A DNA stretch of 64,000 nucleotides from contig MU057796.1 in assembly GCA_013265495.1 (NCBI GenBank), positions 620,001 through 684,000 of the forward strand, written 5' to 3'. Under the pieces are notes generated by a model. That model was not told where the DNA came from. It did no database searches and saw only the letters and a program-made list of their open reading frames with translations. The translations under genes were made by a program, and so were the position numbers. Of this stretch, positions 1-14,434 are shown piece by piece (position 1 is the stretch's first letter; every line of letters starts with the position of its first letter). This DNA is from Vicugna vicugna (Eukaryota).

Positions 1-760
1 AAGTCCACAAATGACAAATGCTGGAGAGGCTGTGGAGAAAGGGGAACCCTCCTACACTGCTGGTGGGAATGCAGTTTGGTGCAGCCACTATGGAAAACAG
101 TATGGAGATTCCTCAAAAGACTAGGAATAGACTTACCATGTGACCCAGGAATCCAGCTTCTGGGCATATATCCAGAAGGAACCCTACTTCAGGATGACAT
201 CTGCACCCCAATGTTCGTAGCAGAACCATTTACAATAGCCAAAACATGAAAACAGCATAAATGTCCATCAACAGATGACTGGATAAAGAAGCAGTGGTAT
301 ATTTATACAACAGAATACTGTTCAGCAATAAAAAATGACAACATAACACCACTTGCAGCAACATGGATGTCCCTGGAGAATGTCATTCTAAGTGAAGTAA
401 ACCAGAAAGAGAAAGAAAAATACCAAATGACATCACTCATATGTGGAATCTAAAGAAAAACAAAACAGAAATACAAAACAGAAACAGACACATAGACATA
501 GAATACAAACTTGTGGTTGCCAAGGGGGCAAGCAGTGGGAAGGGACAGACTGGGATTTCAAAATATAGAATAGATAAGCAAGATTATACTGTATAGCACA
601 AGGAAATATATACAAGATCTTATGGTAGCTCACAGCAAAAAAAAAATGTGACAATGAATATGTATATGTTCATGTATAACTGAAAAATTGTGCTCTACAC
701 TGGAATTTGACACAATGTTGTAAAGTGACTACAACTCAATAAAAAAAAGTTTAAAAAAAA
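1..760 (+). mobile_element. Young lineage-specific LINE-1 3' end (ORF2 C-terminus + 3'UTR + poly(A)), cut by the window edge
   Basis: ORF2 Cys-rich C-terminal coding sequence and a 3'UTR ending aactcaataaaaaaaagtttaaaaaaaaaa; collinear and highly similar to 37170-37948. Confidence 0.93.
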
Positions 761-1135
761 GAGGGAAACACTGCCATACGTGACAATATGAATAAAGCTG
801 GAGGACATTATACTAAGTGAAATAAACCAGTAACAGAAGGGCAAATATTGTGTAATTCTACTTCTATAAGATATTCAAAATATTCAAACTCATAGAAGCA
901 GAGAGCAAAATAGTAGTGGTCAGGGGCTGGGGAAGAGGAAATGGGGAGCTGCTGTTCAACATGGCTGAAGTTTAAAGTTCTAGTTATACCAAGTGAATAA
1001 GGTGTAGGGATCTGTTGCACAAAATTGAATCCCTAGCTAACAGTACTACTATCCTATGCATTTAAAAACTTGTTAAGACGTTAGATCTTATAGTAAGTAT
1101 TCTTACCACAATAAAAAAGAAAAATAGGAAAAAAA
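761..1135 (+). mobile_element. Older L1M-type 3' end fragment
   Basis: Degenerate L1 3'UTR motifs (ggaggacattatactaagtgaaataaaccag ... tattcttaccacaataaaaaaagaaaa). Confidence 0.75.
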
Positions 1136-2194
1136 AGAAGAAACTTATCCAGTCCTATTCTACTTTTTTTGGCCATGAGTGAATAAGGGAAAAAAAAAAT
1201 CTCTTCATTTGTGATTTGTTGTAAATACCCATCCATCCAGAAAACTCCACCTGGATATTCCAGGTAGATTTCCTTTTATCTCCATATTTGTCAAGGTCTC
1301 CCATCCACTCTGGCGATGGTGGCTCTCAGTCCCACCAAAAGGAAGAGAATTTCAATGCCTTGATGCCATCTTATCATACAACTTAGTGCTTCCCAAGAGG
1401 AAGTGAATCAAAATATGTGGCCGTCTATAAACTCTTTGGGGTTAGCAAGGGAGACCAGCCATGGAATGTTGATTTAATTGCTAAAGCCCATCTATGGTTT
1501 CCTGTTGATCTCTGGAAAGATGTTAAGGTCACTAAAACATATTTTGCTTGTAAAGTTTCTATTGGGTCGACACAGTTATCATGGGAAGAGTGCGTGTGAC
1601 ACTTCTTTTGCTTGATTAAATTTCAAAAGTCCCTTCATTCATGCCTGAGAAAACTTGATTTAAAGTAAGATCTGCTGAAAGGTGCCCACGAACCCTTCTA
1701 ATAAGCAAGTATAATTTTTTGTCACTTGCGGATAGCACTCAGTATGCTTTTGGGAGCATTTTCAGAGGAGACTTCTGCATGAGGTTCATTCTAGCAGAAG
1801 AAATACTTCCTGACTACTGACCTGAAGCAACTCTCCTGGATGTGCATCCTCTGTGGCAGATGCCAGATTGGCCTGTTTCCATTCCTGGGGGCTGTTCATA
1901 AAAACAAATTTCTTTGTCTGAGAGACTCATCTCTCATGATGTTTGACCATCCCTAGACATGGCAAGGGCATTGACATCTCTGCCTTGCCTGCAACTTCTC
2001 CCGCAGACTCTTCTGATTTCTCTGTCTTTTCTAGAGACTGCTCCTTATATGCATAGAATAAAGTCTACCAACATGCCCCCATGCAATATTGAACACACCA
2101 TCAACCTTCATCAAAGCACTTGTGGTCATGATGCATTGATAATGTAGAAGGAATTCACCAAGAGAGATTGTTGTAATGTCTGTAATGAACATAT

Positions 2195-3740
2195 TTGATT
2201 CAACAAACATTTATTGAATACATATGGGTAACACACTCTGGGGAATTAAAAAATGAATAAATGAAGAAGGTCCATTCTCACCTTATCATTGAATTACAAA
2301 TACAAAGATAATCTTAACTGAGGGTAGGCTATAACAAGTTCCTAAAGGAGGTAAAAGCAAAGTGCTTTGGGAACACAGGGAAAGCAGCTGTATTGCCCCC
2401 TAGAGGAGCCAGGGAAATATTTATGGAGAAGTGGCAAATGAGCAGAGCCTTGAAGTATGGCTAAAATTTCATTAAAAGGGGAAGAAAGTCCCTCTAATGA
2501 CAACGAGAGGAGAGCAGTTTGTGCAGAAAGTCATGGAGCAGGTAGTCTGCTCACTAGGATGAAGGTTACTTAGAACAAGGTTGGTGTGAGAAAAAAAAAC
2601 AGGAAAGTATATTGTCACTGCCTATAGAAATTCCTTAGGAGTGACCTTTGTAATACAGGCAGAGAGGAGTCATTGAAAATCATCAGCAAAGAAGTGACAC
2701 GGTCAGAGTTGTACCTTATGAACAGCACTGCAGCTGTGTGTCAGGACGGAAGGCAGAGACTCTGAAATAGAGATCAGACAATAGGCCTCTGTGATGTACT
2801 AAGTGATATAAAGGGATTAAATTAGACGAAGACCAATAGGAAAAGGGGGGAAAAGAGAGCATTGAGAGTCCTGGTGGCAGGATTAAATGCTGCATTGATT
2901 TTTGCATTATGCATGTAGTCAGTCAACAAACAGTCACTGAGCAGCCACTAAGTGAGAGGCATTACATTGAGTGATGAGGACGCAACAGGGAAAGGATATA
3001 TAGTTTTTGCTTCCAGGATCTTACAGTCTTGGATGGGACAGTAATAAACAAACAAGTAACAACACAAGTAAGAGCAGTAAAGACGAAGCAGTGTTCCAGA
3101 AGGGGGAATGGCACATAGAAAGTTCAAAGATGGGACAGAGTACGCCTGGTATATTTAAGGAACTACAAGTAATTCAGCCTGACTGAAGCATGAAGTGTAA
3201 GGCAGCAAGTGGAAAGAGACTGGAGGTGTGATTAACAGGGACAATCATAGATAACAATGGATTCTGTAAAGCACACTGAGAGTCTGTGATTGATACTGAG
3301 AAGGGAATGGCATGACATATTCTGCTTCAAAAAGTGAAGGATTTTAGGAAGAGGACATGAGTGGCTGAGATTTAAAAAATAAGGGCTGGGGGTGAGTGGA
3401 AAGGAAGAAAGTCAATGGCAATTAGAAACTTATAAGAACCCAAATGTTTTAAAAATTTTACCATTAGGAACTCAGGATTTTCAAGAAAAAAGCGCTTGAG
3501 AAGAGAAAGGAAGATAGGTGTTACCATATCATTTTTTAAGAATTTATGAAACCAAAGGAGAAAGGATGGATTAGATAATTGTAAAAGAAGTAGCAAGATC
3601 AGGGAAAGGATTTTCTTTTGTTCAAAAAGAGCAGAGACATGAAGATTTTACCACGTGAAAGGAAGAAGCTCAAAGAAGAGATTGGATGCAAATGATATTG
3701 AAGAAAACACTGGATGGAGCAAAGAAGGAATGGTGTCAAG
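2195..3740 (-). mobile_element. Ancient LINE-2 remnants (more than one fragment)
   Basis: Antisense L2 3' terminus motifs (ttcaacaaacatttattgaata at ~2199; agtcagtcaacaaacagtcactgagc at ~2917) followed by purine-rich degenerate sequence; boundaries approximate. Confidence 0.6.
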
Positions 3741-4504
3741 ACGTAATAAGGACCTTTTTCTCACAACAGCTCAGATTCTAAGCTAGAAAAGCCCTATTGT
3801 GATTACCCATACTCATTTAAGAAAAAATTAAATAAATATAAAATATTTTTCAGAAATGTTACTGCAAAAAGAAAAGAATCTGACGGAGAATTCCACCACA
3901 TAAAAGATTCGTTTAATAAGACCTTGGTGTTAGTTAGAAGCCTACAGAACTATGCAGGGTCCATCTTCCAGTTTTAAAAGAAGGTAATTTCAGCAAGGAT
4001 TATTTAATGTTTTGGCCAAAAAAATATCCAAACAAACAAAACCTGCAAAAGAGGCATTATACTTTTTTTCTCTTAAGTTGATGAAAACCTATTAAAGTTT
4101 CCTCCACCCACCCAAAAATGATTTGTAAGGTTTAGATCATGGTTCCTGCTCCATTAAGCTTAATTGGACAATACGGTGTCCTTGCTGGGTCTTTCCTTTC
4201 TTACAGGATACAAAAGATACCTCAGGCCAGAAGAATAAGACAGCCAGCTGAGAGCACAGCTGGAGGTCTGGACTGTCTGGCCTGGCTGTCAAGGATCAAA
4301 TGTCCTTCCTTTGTACTCTGTCTTTTTTTTTTTTTTTCCTGCCAGGCAAACACCCAACACTTGAAAAATGTTTTGATGGGAATACACCCAACACTTGAAG
4401 GAGAAGCGCCTTCCAACAACGATGTACTGGTTGGAGATGGATCCTTCATCTCGAGTTAAGCCTTTAGATGACTGTAGCCCCAGCTACATCTATTAAAAAA
4501 AAAA

Positions 4505-5035
4505 AACACTTTATTGAAGTATGATTGACATGTAATATATACGAATATATTTAATGTATACAACTCTACGAGTTTGGGAAAAAGTATACACTTGTTAATC
4601 AATTACTACCGTATTTGTCACCTCCTGAAAGTTTCCTCCTGTTTCTTTATTTTTTTGTGCATTAGGAACCCCTTAACATAAGGTCTACTCTCAGCAAATT
4701 AAAGTATACAATATAGTACTGTTAGCTGTAGGCACTGTGCTGCATAGCAGATCTCCAAAATTTGTTTATCTTGCATTACTGAAATTTTCTGGGCTTTGAC
4801 CATCACCTCCTCATTTACTCCTTCTCTCAGCCATTGCAGCAACAGTTCTATTCTCTGCTTCTATGGGTGTGACTATTTTAGATTCCACATGTAAGTGAGA
4901 TCATACATCATTTGTTGTTCTCAGTCTGGCTTATTTCACTTAGCATGATGTCCTCCAGGTCCATTCATGTTGTCACAAATGGCAGACTTTCCTTCTTTAA
5001 GACTGAATAATATTCCATTGGATGTACAGAACACG
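4505..5035 (-). mobile_element. L1MA-type 3' end fragment
   Basis: Antisense 3'UTR motifs (tttattgaagtatgattgaca; ttttagattccacatgtaagtgagatcatac; ggcttatttcacttagcatgatgtcctccagg). Confidence 0.8.
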
Positions 5036-5039
5036 GTTT

Positions 5040-8000
5040 CTTTTTTTATTACTTTCTTTAGTATTCTTGAGGTACAATTGACATACAGCACAGTATCAGT
5101 TTAAGATATACAGAATATTGACTTACATATATTGTGAAATGATTACAACAGTAAGTTTAGTTAACATCCACCATCTCATACAGATATAAAAAAAAATGTT
5201 TTTTCCTTGTGAGGAGATCTTTTATGAGCCACTGTTAGAAGCCTTCAAATATATCATACAGCCTTATGAACTATAGTCACCATGTAATACATTATCCTCT
5301 AGTAGTTACTGATCTTACAACTGGAAGTTTACACCTTTTGGCCAGTTTCTTCCAGTTTCTCCACCCCAAGCCCCTGCCTCAGGTAACCTCAAATCTGACC
5401 TCTTTTCTATGAATTTTATTTTATTTTTAGATTCAACATGTGAGATCTTATAATATTTGTCTTTGTTTTATTTCACTTAGCATAATGCTGTCAAGGTCCA
5501 TCCATGTTGCCATAAATGGCAAGATTTCTGTCTTTTTTATGGCAGAATAGTATTTCATTTTATATTTTTACCACAACTTCTTTATCCATTTATGCATTGA
5601 TGGACACTTTAGGGTGTTTCCGTGTCTTTGCTATTGTGAATGATGCTGCAATGAACAAAGAGGTGCAGATATCTCTTAGAGATAGTGTTTTCATTTCCTT
5701 TGATAAATACCCAAAGTGGAATTGCTGGATCATATAGAAGTTCTCTTAATTTTTTAAAAGAAACTCCATACTGTTTTCCATAGTGACTGCACCAATTTAT
5801 ATTTCCACCATTAGGGTACAAGGTTTTTGGGGTTTTTTGTTTTTTTTTCTTGCCAGCATTTGTTATCGCTTGTATTTTTTTGATGATAGCTGTTCTAACA
5901 GGTGTAAAGTGATACCTCGTTGTAATTTTAATTTGCATTTCCCTAATGATTAGTGACACTGAACATCTTTTCGCATATCTGTTGCCCATTTGTATACCTT
6001 CTTTGGAAAAATGTTTATTCAGTTTCTTTGGCCTTTTTTTTTTTGAATTATTTGGTTTTTTGCTACTGAATTGTATGAGTCCTTTATATATTTTGGATAT
6101 TAACCCCTCATTATATCTAGGATTTCAAAATATTTGTTCCATTCCATAGGTAGACTATTCATTTTGTTAATGGCTCCCTTTGCTGTTTATAAGTGTTTGA
6201 GTTTGATGCAGTCCTACTTGTAAAGTTTTTATTTTGTCACCAGAACTTTAGGCGTCATATCTAAAAAATATCATTGCCCAGACCTATGTCAAGGAGTTTT
6301 TTCTATGTTTTCTTTTAGAAGCTTTGTGGATTTTATTCTTACATTTAAGTCTTTAATGAACTTTGAGTAAATTTTTGTGAGTGGTATAAGTTAGGGGTCT
6401 AGTTTCATTCTTTTATATGTGAATATCAATTTTCCTGGTACCATTTATTGAAGAGACTCTGTTTTCTCCACTAAATATTCTTGACTCCCAGGTCATTTAA
6501 ATTGACCTTATATGGATGGGTTTGTTTCTGGGCTCTTGATTTACTTCTGTTTTTCAATGTGTCTTTTTTTATGCAAGGGCCACACTGTTTTAATTACTTT
6601 AGCTTTATAACATAGCTTGAAATCAGGGAATGGGATGCCTCCACTGTATTCCTTTTTTTTTTTTTTTTTTTCCTTTTTTTCTTCAGAATTGCTTTGGCTA
6701 TTCAAGGTCTTTTTTGGCTCCATATAAATTTGATGTTTGTTCCTTCTACTTCTGTAAAAAAAAATGCCATTGGAATTTTGATAGTGATTGCATTGAAGTT
6801 ATAGGTGTCTTTGGATAACATAGGCATTTTAACTATTTTAATTCTTCCAATCTGTGGCACTGGATACTTTTTCACTTATTTGTGTCTTCTTTGATTTCTT
6901 TTATCCATGTCTTACAGTTTTCAGTAACAGATCTTTCACTTCCTTCCTTAAATTTATTCCTAAGTATTTTATTATTTTCCATGCTGTTATAAATTGAATC
7001 ATTTTCTTTATATATTTTTCAGATTATTAGTTGTTAGTGTATAGAAACTACCGATTTTTGTATGGTAATTTTGTATCCTGAAATTTTACTGAATTCATTG
7101 ATTAGATCTAACAGTTTGTTAGTGGAATCTTTGGGATTTCCTAAATATAAATTCATGTCATCTACAAACAGATACAATTTTACTTTCCCTTTTCAATTCT
7201 GATAACTTACTTCTTTTTCTTTCCTGAATGCTCTGGCTAGGGCTACCAACATTATGCTGAATATGAGTTGTGAGAGTGGGCACCTTTGTCTTATTCCTGA
7301 TCTTAGAGGGAACGTTTATAGTTTTTCACTACTGAGTGTGATATTTGTGAAATTCTTATATATAGCCTTTATTATATTAAGGTATATTCCTTCAATACCT
7401 AATTTGTTAAGAGTTTTTATCATGAATGGATGCTGAACTTTGCCAACTGCTTTTTTCAACATCTATTGAGATGATGATACGATTTTTCTTTCATTCTATA
7501 AATGTAATGTATCACATTTATTGATTTACTTATGTTGGACCATCCTTGCATCCCAGGCATAAATCCCACTGGATCATGGTGAATGATCCATTTAGTGGAA
7601 ATTGAGTTTGTTGGTATTTTATGAGAGTCTTTGCATCTATATTCATCAGAGATACTGTACTGAGATTTTCTTTTCTTGTAGTGTCCTTTTCTGGCTTTGC
7701 TATTAGGGTACTGCTGGCATCATATAATGAGTTTGGGAGTGTTCCCTCCTCTGATTTTTTTTGGAAGAGGTTGAGAAGGGCTGGTATTAAGTCTTTTTAA
7801 AATATTTGGTAAATTTCACTAGTGAAGCCATCCATTCCAGAACTTTTCTTCACTTGGAGATTTTTGATTACTGCTTCAATATCTTTACTTGTAACTGGAC
7901 TGGTCATATTTTCTACATCTTCCTGATTTGTTCTTTATGAGTTGTATGTATCCAGGGATTTTTCCATTTCTTCCAAGTTGTTCATTTTGTTGGCATATAG

Positions 8001-11000
8001 TTCATAGTAGCTTCTTATGATCCCTTGTTTTTCTTGGGTATCAATTATGAAAATTCCATTTTCATTTATAATTGTGGAGATTTGGGTTCTCTTTCTTATT
8101 TCATTGGTTAATCTAGCTAAAGGTTTGTCAATTCATTTATCTTTTCAAAGAATCAACTCATAGATTTGTTAATTCTTGCTATTGTTTTACTGTTCTCTAT
8201 TTCACTTGTTTCCACTCTAATCTTTTGTTATTTCCTTTCTTTTTAACTACCTTTGGACTCAGTTTTTTCTTCTTTTTCTAGTTCCTTGAAGGATTAAATT
8301 AGGCTGTTTATTTGAGATCATTTATGCTTCTTAATGTCAGTGCTTCTTGCTGTGAACTTCTCTCTCACCACTGCTTTTTCTACATCCCATAATTTTGGTA
8401 TGTTGTGTTTCCATTTTTCTTTCTAAAGATACTTCTTATTTCCTTTTAATTTCTTCTTTGATCCATTGGTTGTTCAATATAATGCTGTTTAATTTCCACA
8501 TACATATAAGTCCCCATGTTTTTCTCCTGTTACTGATTTCCAGTTTCATACTATTGTTGTCAGATAAGCTATTTGGTATGATTTCAGTCATCTTGAATTT
8601 GCTGAGATTTGTTTTGTGACCTAACATATGGTCTACACTAGAAAATGTTCCATGTACACTTGAAAATAATACGTATTCTATTATTGTCAGAATGTTTTGT
8701 ATATGTCTGTTAGGTACTTTGATAATCCATTCTCAACAATGGATAGGTCATGCAGACAGAGAATCGATAAGGAGACGGTGGATTTGAACAACACTATGGA
8801 CCAAAGTCCCCAACTAATACTGTATTGCTAGTTATATCTCCTTTTTGTTCTGTTTTTATTTTATAAGTTTAGGTGATCCAATGTTGGGTTCATAAATATT
8901 TAAAATTGTTATATCTTCTTGATGGATTGACCCACTTATCATTATATAATAACCATCTTTGTATATTTTTAACATTTTTAGATTGAAGCCTATTTTGTCC
9001 AATATAATTAAGCTACCTTTGCTTATTTTTGGTGACCATTTGCTGGATATAGCTTTTTCTGTCCTTTTACTTTCAGTCTGTGCATCTCTAAGACTAAAGT
9101 GGGTCTCTGTAGTTAGCATATTACTGAATCTTGGTTTTTTTTTTTAATCCATTCAGACATTCTATATCTTTCAATTGGAGCATTTAATCTATTTACATTT
9201 AAAGTAATTACTGTTAGATTAAGACTTAATATTCCCATTTGTTTATTGTTTTATGGCTGTTTGGTAGATTCATTTTTCTTTGTTTCTTATCCTGCTGTCT
9301 TATTTGTGTTTTCATGTGTTTTGGTATTAGTATCCTTTGACTTATTTTTTACTGAAATATAGTTGGTTTACAATGTTGTGTTACTTTCTGGTGTACAGCA
9401 TAGTGATTCAGTTATACATACATAGATACATACTCATTTTCACATTGTTTTCCATTATCAGCTATTCCAAGGTATTGAATATAGTTCCCTGTGCTATACC
9501 GTAGGGCCTTGCTGTTTATCTATTTTATGTATAGTTGTTGGAATCTGAAAATTCCAAACTGTCAATTTATTTCTCCACCCATTCCCTCCTGGTAATAAGT
9601 TTGTTTTCTATGTCTATGAGTCTGTTTCTGTTTTGTAAATAAGTTCAGTTTGCTCACTTTTTTAGATTCCACATATAAATGATATCATATGGTATTTTTA
9701 TTTATCTTTCTGGCTTACTTCATTTAGAATGACAATCTTCAGTTCCATCTATGTTGTTGCAAATGGCATTATTTTATTTTTTGTGGCTTAGTAGTATTCC
9801 ATTGTATACACACATACTACATCTTCATTATCCAATCATCTGTCAATTAACATTTAGATTGTTCCCATGATTTGGCTATTGTAAGTGCTGCTTCTGTGAA
9901 CACTGGGGTGCATGTATCTTTTTGAATTAGAGTTTTCTCTAGCCCTATGCTGAGGAGTGGGTTTGCTGAATCATATAGTAAGTCTATTTTTAGTTTTTAA
10001 ATGAATATCCATGCTGTCCTCCATAATGGCTGCACCAAAATATATCACATTTAGGAGGATTCCCTTTTCTACACACACTCTCCAGTATTTATTATTTGTG
10101 CACTTTTTAATGATGGCCATTCTGATTGGTGTGAGGTGATACCTCATTGTAGTTTTGATTTGCATTTCTCTAGAAAAAAATGAGCATTTTTTCATGTGCT
10201 TATTGGTCATTTGTATGTCTTCATTGAAGAAATGTTTGTTTAGGTCTTGTGCCCATTTTTGGATGGGGTTGTTTATTTATTTTTTGTTATTAAGTTGTAT
10301 GAGCTATTTTACATTCTGGAAATTAAGCCTTTGTCAGTCGCATCATTTGCAAATATTTCTCCCACTTCATAGATTGTCTTTTTGTTTTGTTTATAGTTTC
10401 CTTTGTTGTACAAAAGCTTATAAGTTTAATTAGGTCCCATTTGTTTATTTTTGCTTTTATTTCAATTGCCATGGTAGACTGCTTTAGGAGAACATTGCTA
10501 AGATTTATGTCAGAGAATGTTTTATCTATGTTTTCTTCTAGAGTTTTACAGTGTCTTGTCTTATGTTTACATATTTAAACCCTCTTGAATTTATTTTTGT
10601 GTATAGTATGAGGGAGTGTTCTAACTTCACTGATTTACATGGCAGCTGTCCAACTTTCCCAACACTGCTTACTGAAAAAACTGTCTTTTCTCCACTGTAT
10701 ATTCTTGTCTTTTTTGAGCTTTGACTTCTTAATCATGCTCTTTTATGTAATGTACAGGTTTTACCCTTGTGGTCACCATGAGGCTTACAAAAACACCTTA
10801 GAATTATAAAATCTAATTCTAAACTAATAACTTAATGCCTACAGCATTCCTAAACTTCTCCTCTCCCTAGGCAGTTTAGGTTATTGATATTACAGTTTGC
10901 AGATTTTCTTTTGTGTATTTAATAACACATTATTATAGTTATGGTTATTTTTACTATTTTTTAACTTTCAAACGACAGTTGTAACTGAATTAGGCAACAA

Positions 11001-12050
11001 TTACCACATTGCAGAATCTAACTTTCACTATATATTTACCATTTCCATTGAGTTTTATGCTATCTTCTTATGTTTTCACCAGTTAGTGTCTTTTTACTTC
11101 CACTTAAGGAACTCCCTTTAGCATTTCTTATAAGGCAGGTCTTTTAGTGATGAATTCCCTCAGCATCTGTTTGTTCAGAAAAGTCTTTATCTCTCTTACA
11201 TTTCTGAAAGACAGCTTTATGGGTACAGAATTCTTGGTTGACATATTGTTTCTTCTTCCCATATTTTGAATATAGCATCTTATTTTCTCTTCTGGCCTGA
11301 AAAATTTCTGTTGAGAAATCTGCCTTATTATTTTGAGGGTGTTCCTTTCCATGCAACTTGTCTTTTCTTTTGCTGCTTTCAAAATGTTTTTTTGTCTTTG
11401 ACTTCTGACAATTCAGTTATTATGTGTCTCAGTAGTAGCCCTATTCAGGTTCAACTGATTTGGTTCTTTGGACATCATGGATCTGAAAGTCCACTTCCCT
11501 CTCCAAGTTTGGAAAGTTTTCAGCCTTTATTGCTTTAAATATTCTTTCTGCACCTTTTTTCTCTCTTCTCCTGGGAGAAATGACTCGTGTCCCTTGTTCT
11601 GTGGCCAAATGGGGACACCTGCCTTGCTCTGCTGACAGTCAGTGTTGTCACGTGGGCTCTCCATTTAAGAGCACCACTCAGGAATTGAATTGCTGGGTTA
11701 TAGAACTCCAAGATGCTCAGGTCAGACTTCCTGGTTGGGTGAGGCTGGGATCTACATACTTAGTGATACACAAAGCTCTGACTCAGCTCCACTGCCTGAT
11801 GTGGGTAGAAGTGGGGGCAAACCAGGCTCCTGGGCCAGAATGGCAATTTACCTGAGCTCCCAAAACAGAAATTCCTGTGGCCCATGGAGTTCCCAGATCA
11901 GATTGCATCACTATCTTGGCTCTACCATTGAACAAAGATGCTGGTTGGTACTACCACTTAAGCACTGCAGGTTGGAACCTGTTCTGCCAAGATCTGAGTG
12001 CTGATTGTTACAAGTCCCTTCCCCCTTCACCATCGCATTCAGTTTGCCAG
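5040..12050 (-). mobile_element. Near full-length degraded LINE-1 (3'UTR, ORF2, ORF1 remnant, 5' region), interrupted by a younger L1
   Basis: Minus-strand ORF fragments match ORF2 ([30 protein letters not shown]...NNQWIKEEIK; GSIHQEDITILNIYEPN) and ORF1 (KLSFRNVREIKTFLNKQMLREFITKRPAL). Right boundary approximate. Confidence 0.88.
9347..10718 (-). mobile_element. 5'-truncated younger LINE-1 nested in the older L1
   Basis: Own 3'UTR and ORF2 C-terminus ([23 protein letters not shown]); flanked by CTTTGACTT(A/C)TT at 9335-9346 and 10719-10730 (TSD, 1 mismatch). Confidence 0.85.
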
Positions 12051-12791
12051 TGGTCAAGACCCCAAAGAGCTTTGCCAGCCTTGGAGTTGGTTCTGCCCCC
12101 CAACCTGGGTAAGGGAGCTAATTCATTGCCCTGCTCACTGCTGAGGGTAGCTTCAAGGAAGTCTGACCAGGAAGTCTATTCAACTGGGCAGCGCTGGTTT
12201 ATAGTGAATATTGATCAGGGATTCTTTTATGTAGAAGTTTTTCTGCCTTTTCCCTCTATCCAATCTGTAATCTAGTCTTTGAACTATTTTTTAATTTAAC
12301 TGTGAAATATATCACATTTGCAAAACATTACATATAAACTTCATGTATAGTTTAAAGAGCAGTCATTTAAAAAATACCCATCACTGAACTCAAGAAGTAT
12401 AATGTTGCCAATACCTTTGGAAAGCCCTCTCTGACCATCCCTAAACACGTTTCCTTTCTTTCCCTTCAGGGTTAAACACTATTTTATGTTAATTGTTCTC
12501 TTCTTTTCCTTTATGATTGTATTTTCTATATGTACGACTCTAATCAATTGATTTTACTAGTGTTACCTCTTTCTGAACTCAGATAAATGTGTACATTTCT
12601 GTGTATTTCTCTGTTCCTTAAAATAGGGTTCATACATGTTGATGAAAGTCATTCTTCATTTCATTTTTAGCTCTTGCATAGTATTTCTGTATTTTGATAT
12701 TCCACAATATATTCACCCAGGTTTCTGTCATTAAGCATTGTGGTTTTGTTTTACTTTGTTTTACTATTACAAACCATGTTGTTGTGAACTA

Positions 12792-13373
12792 TGAGGATAC
12801 AGTTCTCCATTCATCTCTCCAGCTGCGAAATCTGTAAGCTCTAACAGCCCATTTGCTCCACTATTATTATTTTAGGAATAGTTGCATAAGTAAATAGCCC
12901 TGGATAGATTGGGTTAGTGACTTACTCTAGAACTAATTCATTTATGTTCTCATATACTAAAAGTAGAGGCTTCCCCTTCCCTGAAGACATCCCAGGGTAA
13001 AAAGGATATAGATGCCTCCTTCCTCTCCCCTGAGAGAAATGCTTACATTTCAGGCTAATAAATAGTGTCACTCTCTGGAAGGGAGAACAGACAGGTTTGT
13101 CAGCAGCCCTTATATAGGATTAGAGTTTCTTACGCTCAGCGTTCCTCCACATAATGCATTTTTATTTCTTATACGAGCAGCACCCAGCCCTCACCATATC
13201 ATCCTGTGGGAATTGAGGGCTACAGTATTACTTTGTTACTTTTGCTGTGAATAATAAACTATCTTTCCTCTTAATTCTGGTGCTTCATGTCTTTCTAGTA
13301 GCATCTATGAAACTGACTGAACTTGTTAGCTTGCAAGCAAGATGAAATTTCAGTTGCTTTCACAGTTCCTGAC
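12792..13373 (+). mobile_element. Solo LTR, ERV1 class (MER34/MER39-like)
   Basis: Begins TG; internal AATAAA near 13253; 3' end ttgttagcttgcaagcaagatgaaatttcag...tcacagttcctgac resembles recalled MER34/39-group termini. Confidence 0.6.
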
Positions 13374-14434
13374 TTGATGGTTTAACAAGAACATTGTGGT
13401 ACATGTCTCTTGAAGCACTTATTCAAGAATTTGGGGGGGGGCGTGTATACCTAGAAGCGGAATTGCTATGCACTAGATAATGTCAAGTTGTTTTTTAAAG
13501 TGGTTAAATCAATCTACACTGCACTCAAGAATGTTAAAGAGTTTTTGGTTACATATCTCCACCAAGCTTGGAATTCTCACTTTATTCAGTTATTATCAAC
13601 CCATTTGGTGTGAAAAATCATCTTGTTGTGGTTTTAATATGCTCTTTTAATGCAGCTAAGTAATTTTTCACATATATAGTAGCTATTTTGTTTCCTCTTC
13701 TAAGGAGACTAGTTCATGGTTTTGTTCCATGTTTCTACTGAGTTGATTGTCTTTATCTAGTTAATTTCTATGAGTTCTTTATATTTTTTGGAGCCTAGTC
13801 ACTTATTAGTTAATGGCTTGCAGATACCTTCCCCTAGTTTTTTCCTTTCATTTTCTGTGTCATGTCTTTTGATAATCAGAAAATCTTACCATTAATATAG
13901 TAAAATTTGTCAGTGCTTTTCTTTTTTATTTTTGCTTTGGGGTCTTACTTAAAAATCATTCCCTACTCCTAAGATTATAAAAAATATACATTGTCTTTTG
14001 AAATGTAATGTTTTGTGTTTAACACTTAAATCCTTGAACCACCTAGAATTGATTTCTGTGCATGTTATGGGGGAAGAATTGACTTTAGTTTTTCCCATGT
14101 GGATAAGAAATCATGGAAGTACAACTTATTGGATTGTCTGTCCTTTTCATGCTGAGCTATACTGCCAATTCTATCATATATCAGATTTTCACATATACAT
14201 CAGCTTGTTTCTGGACTGTTATGTTCCACTGGTGCATTTATCACTCTCTGCCTCAATGCTAATTATTATACATTACTATAGTTACATAATTACTGTAACA
14301 TTATAATAAGCCTTGATAGCTGGTATGTCAAATGTGTCCCTAACTCTTCAAATATGTACTTGCTTTTCTAAATATATTGTAGAATCAACTTGTCAAATTC
14401 CACAATAGAAGGCAACTATTTTAATTAAATTTCT

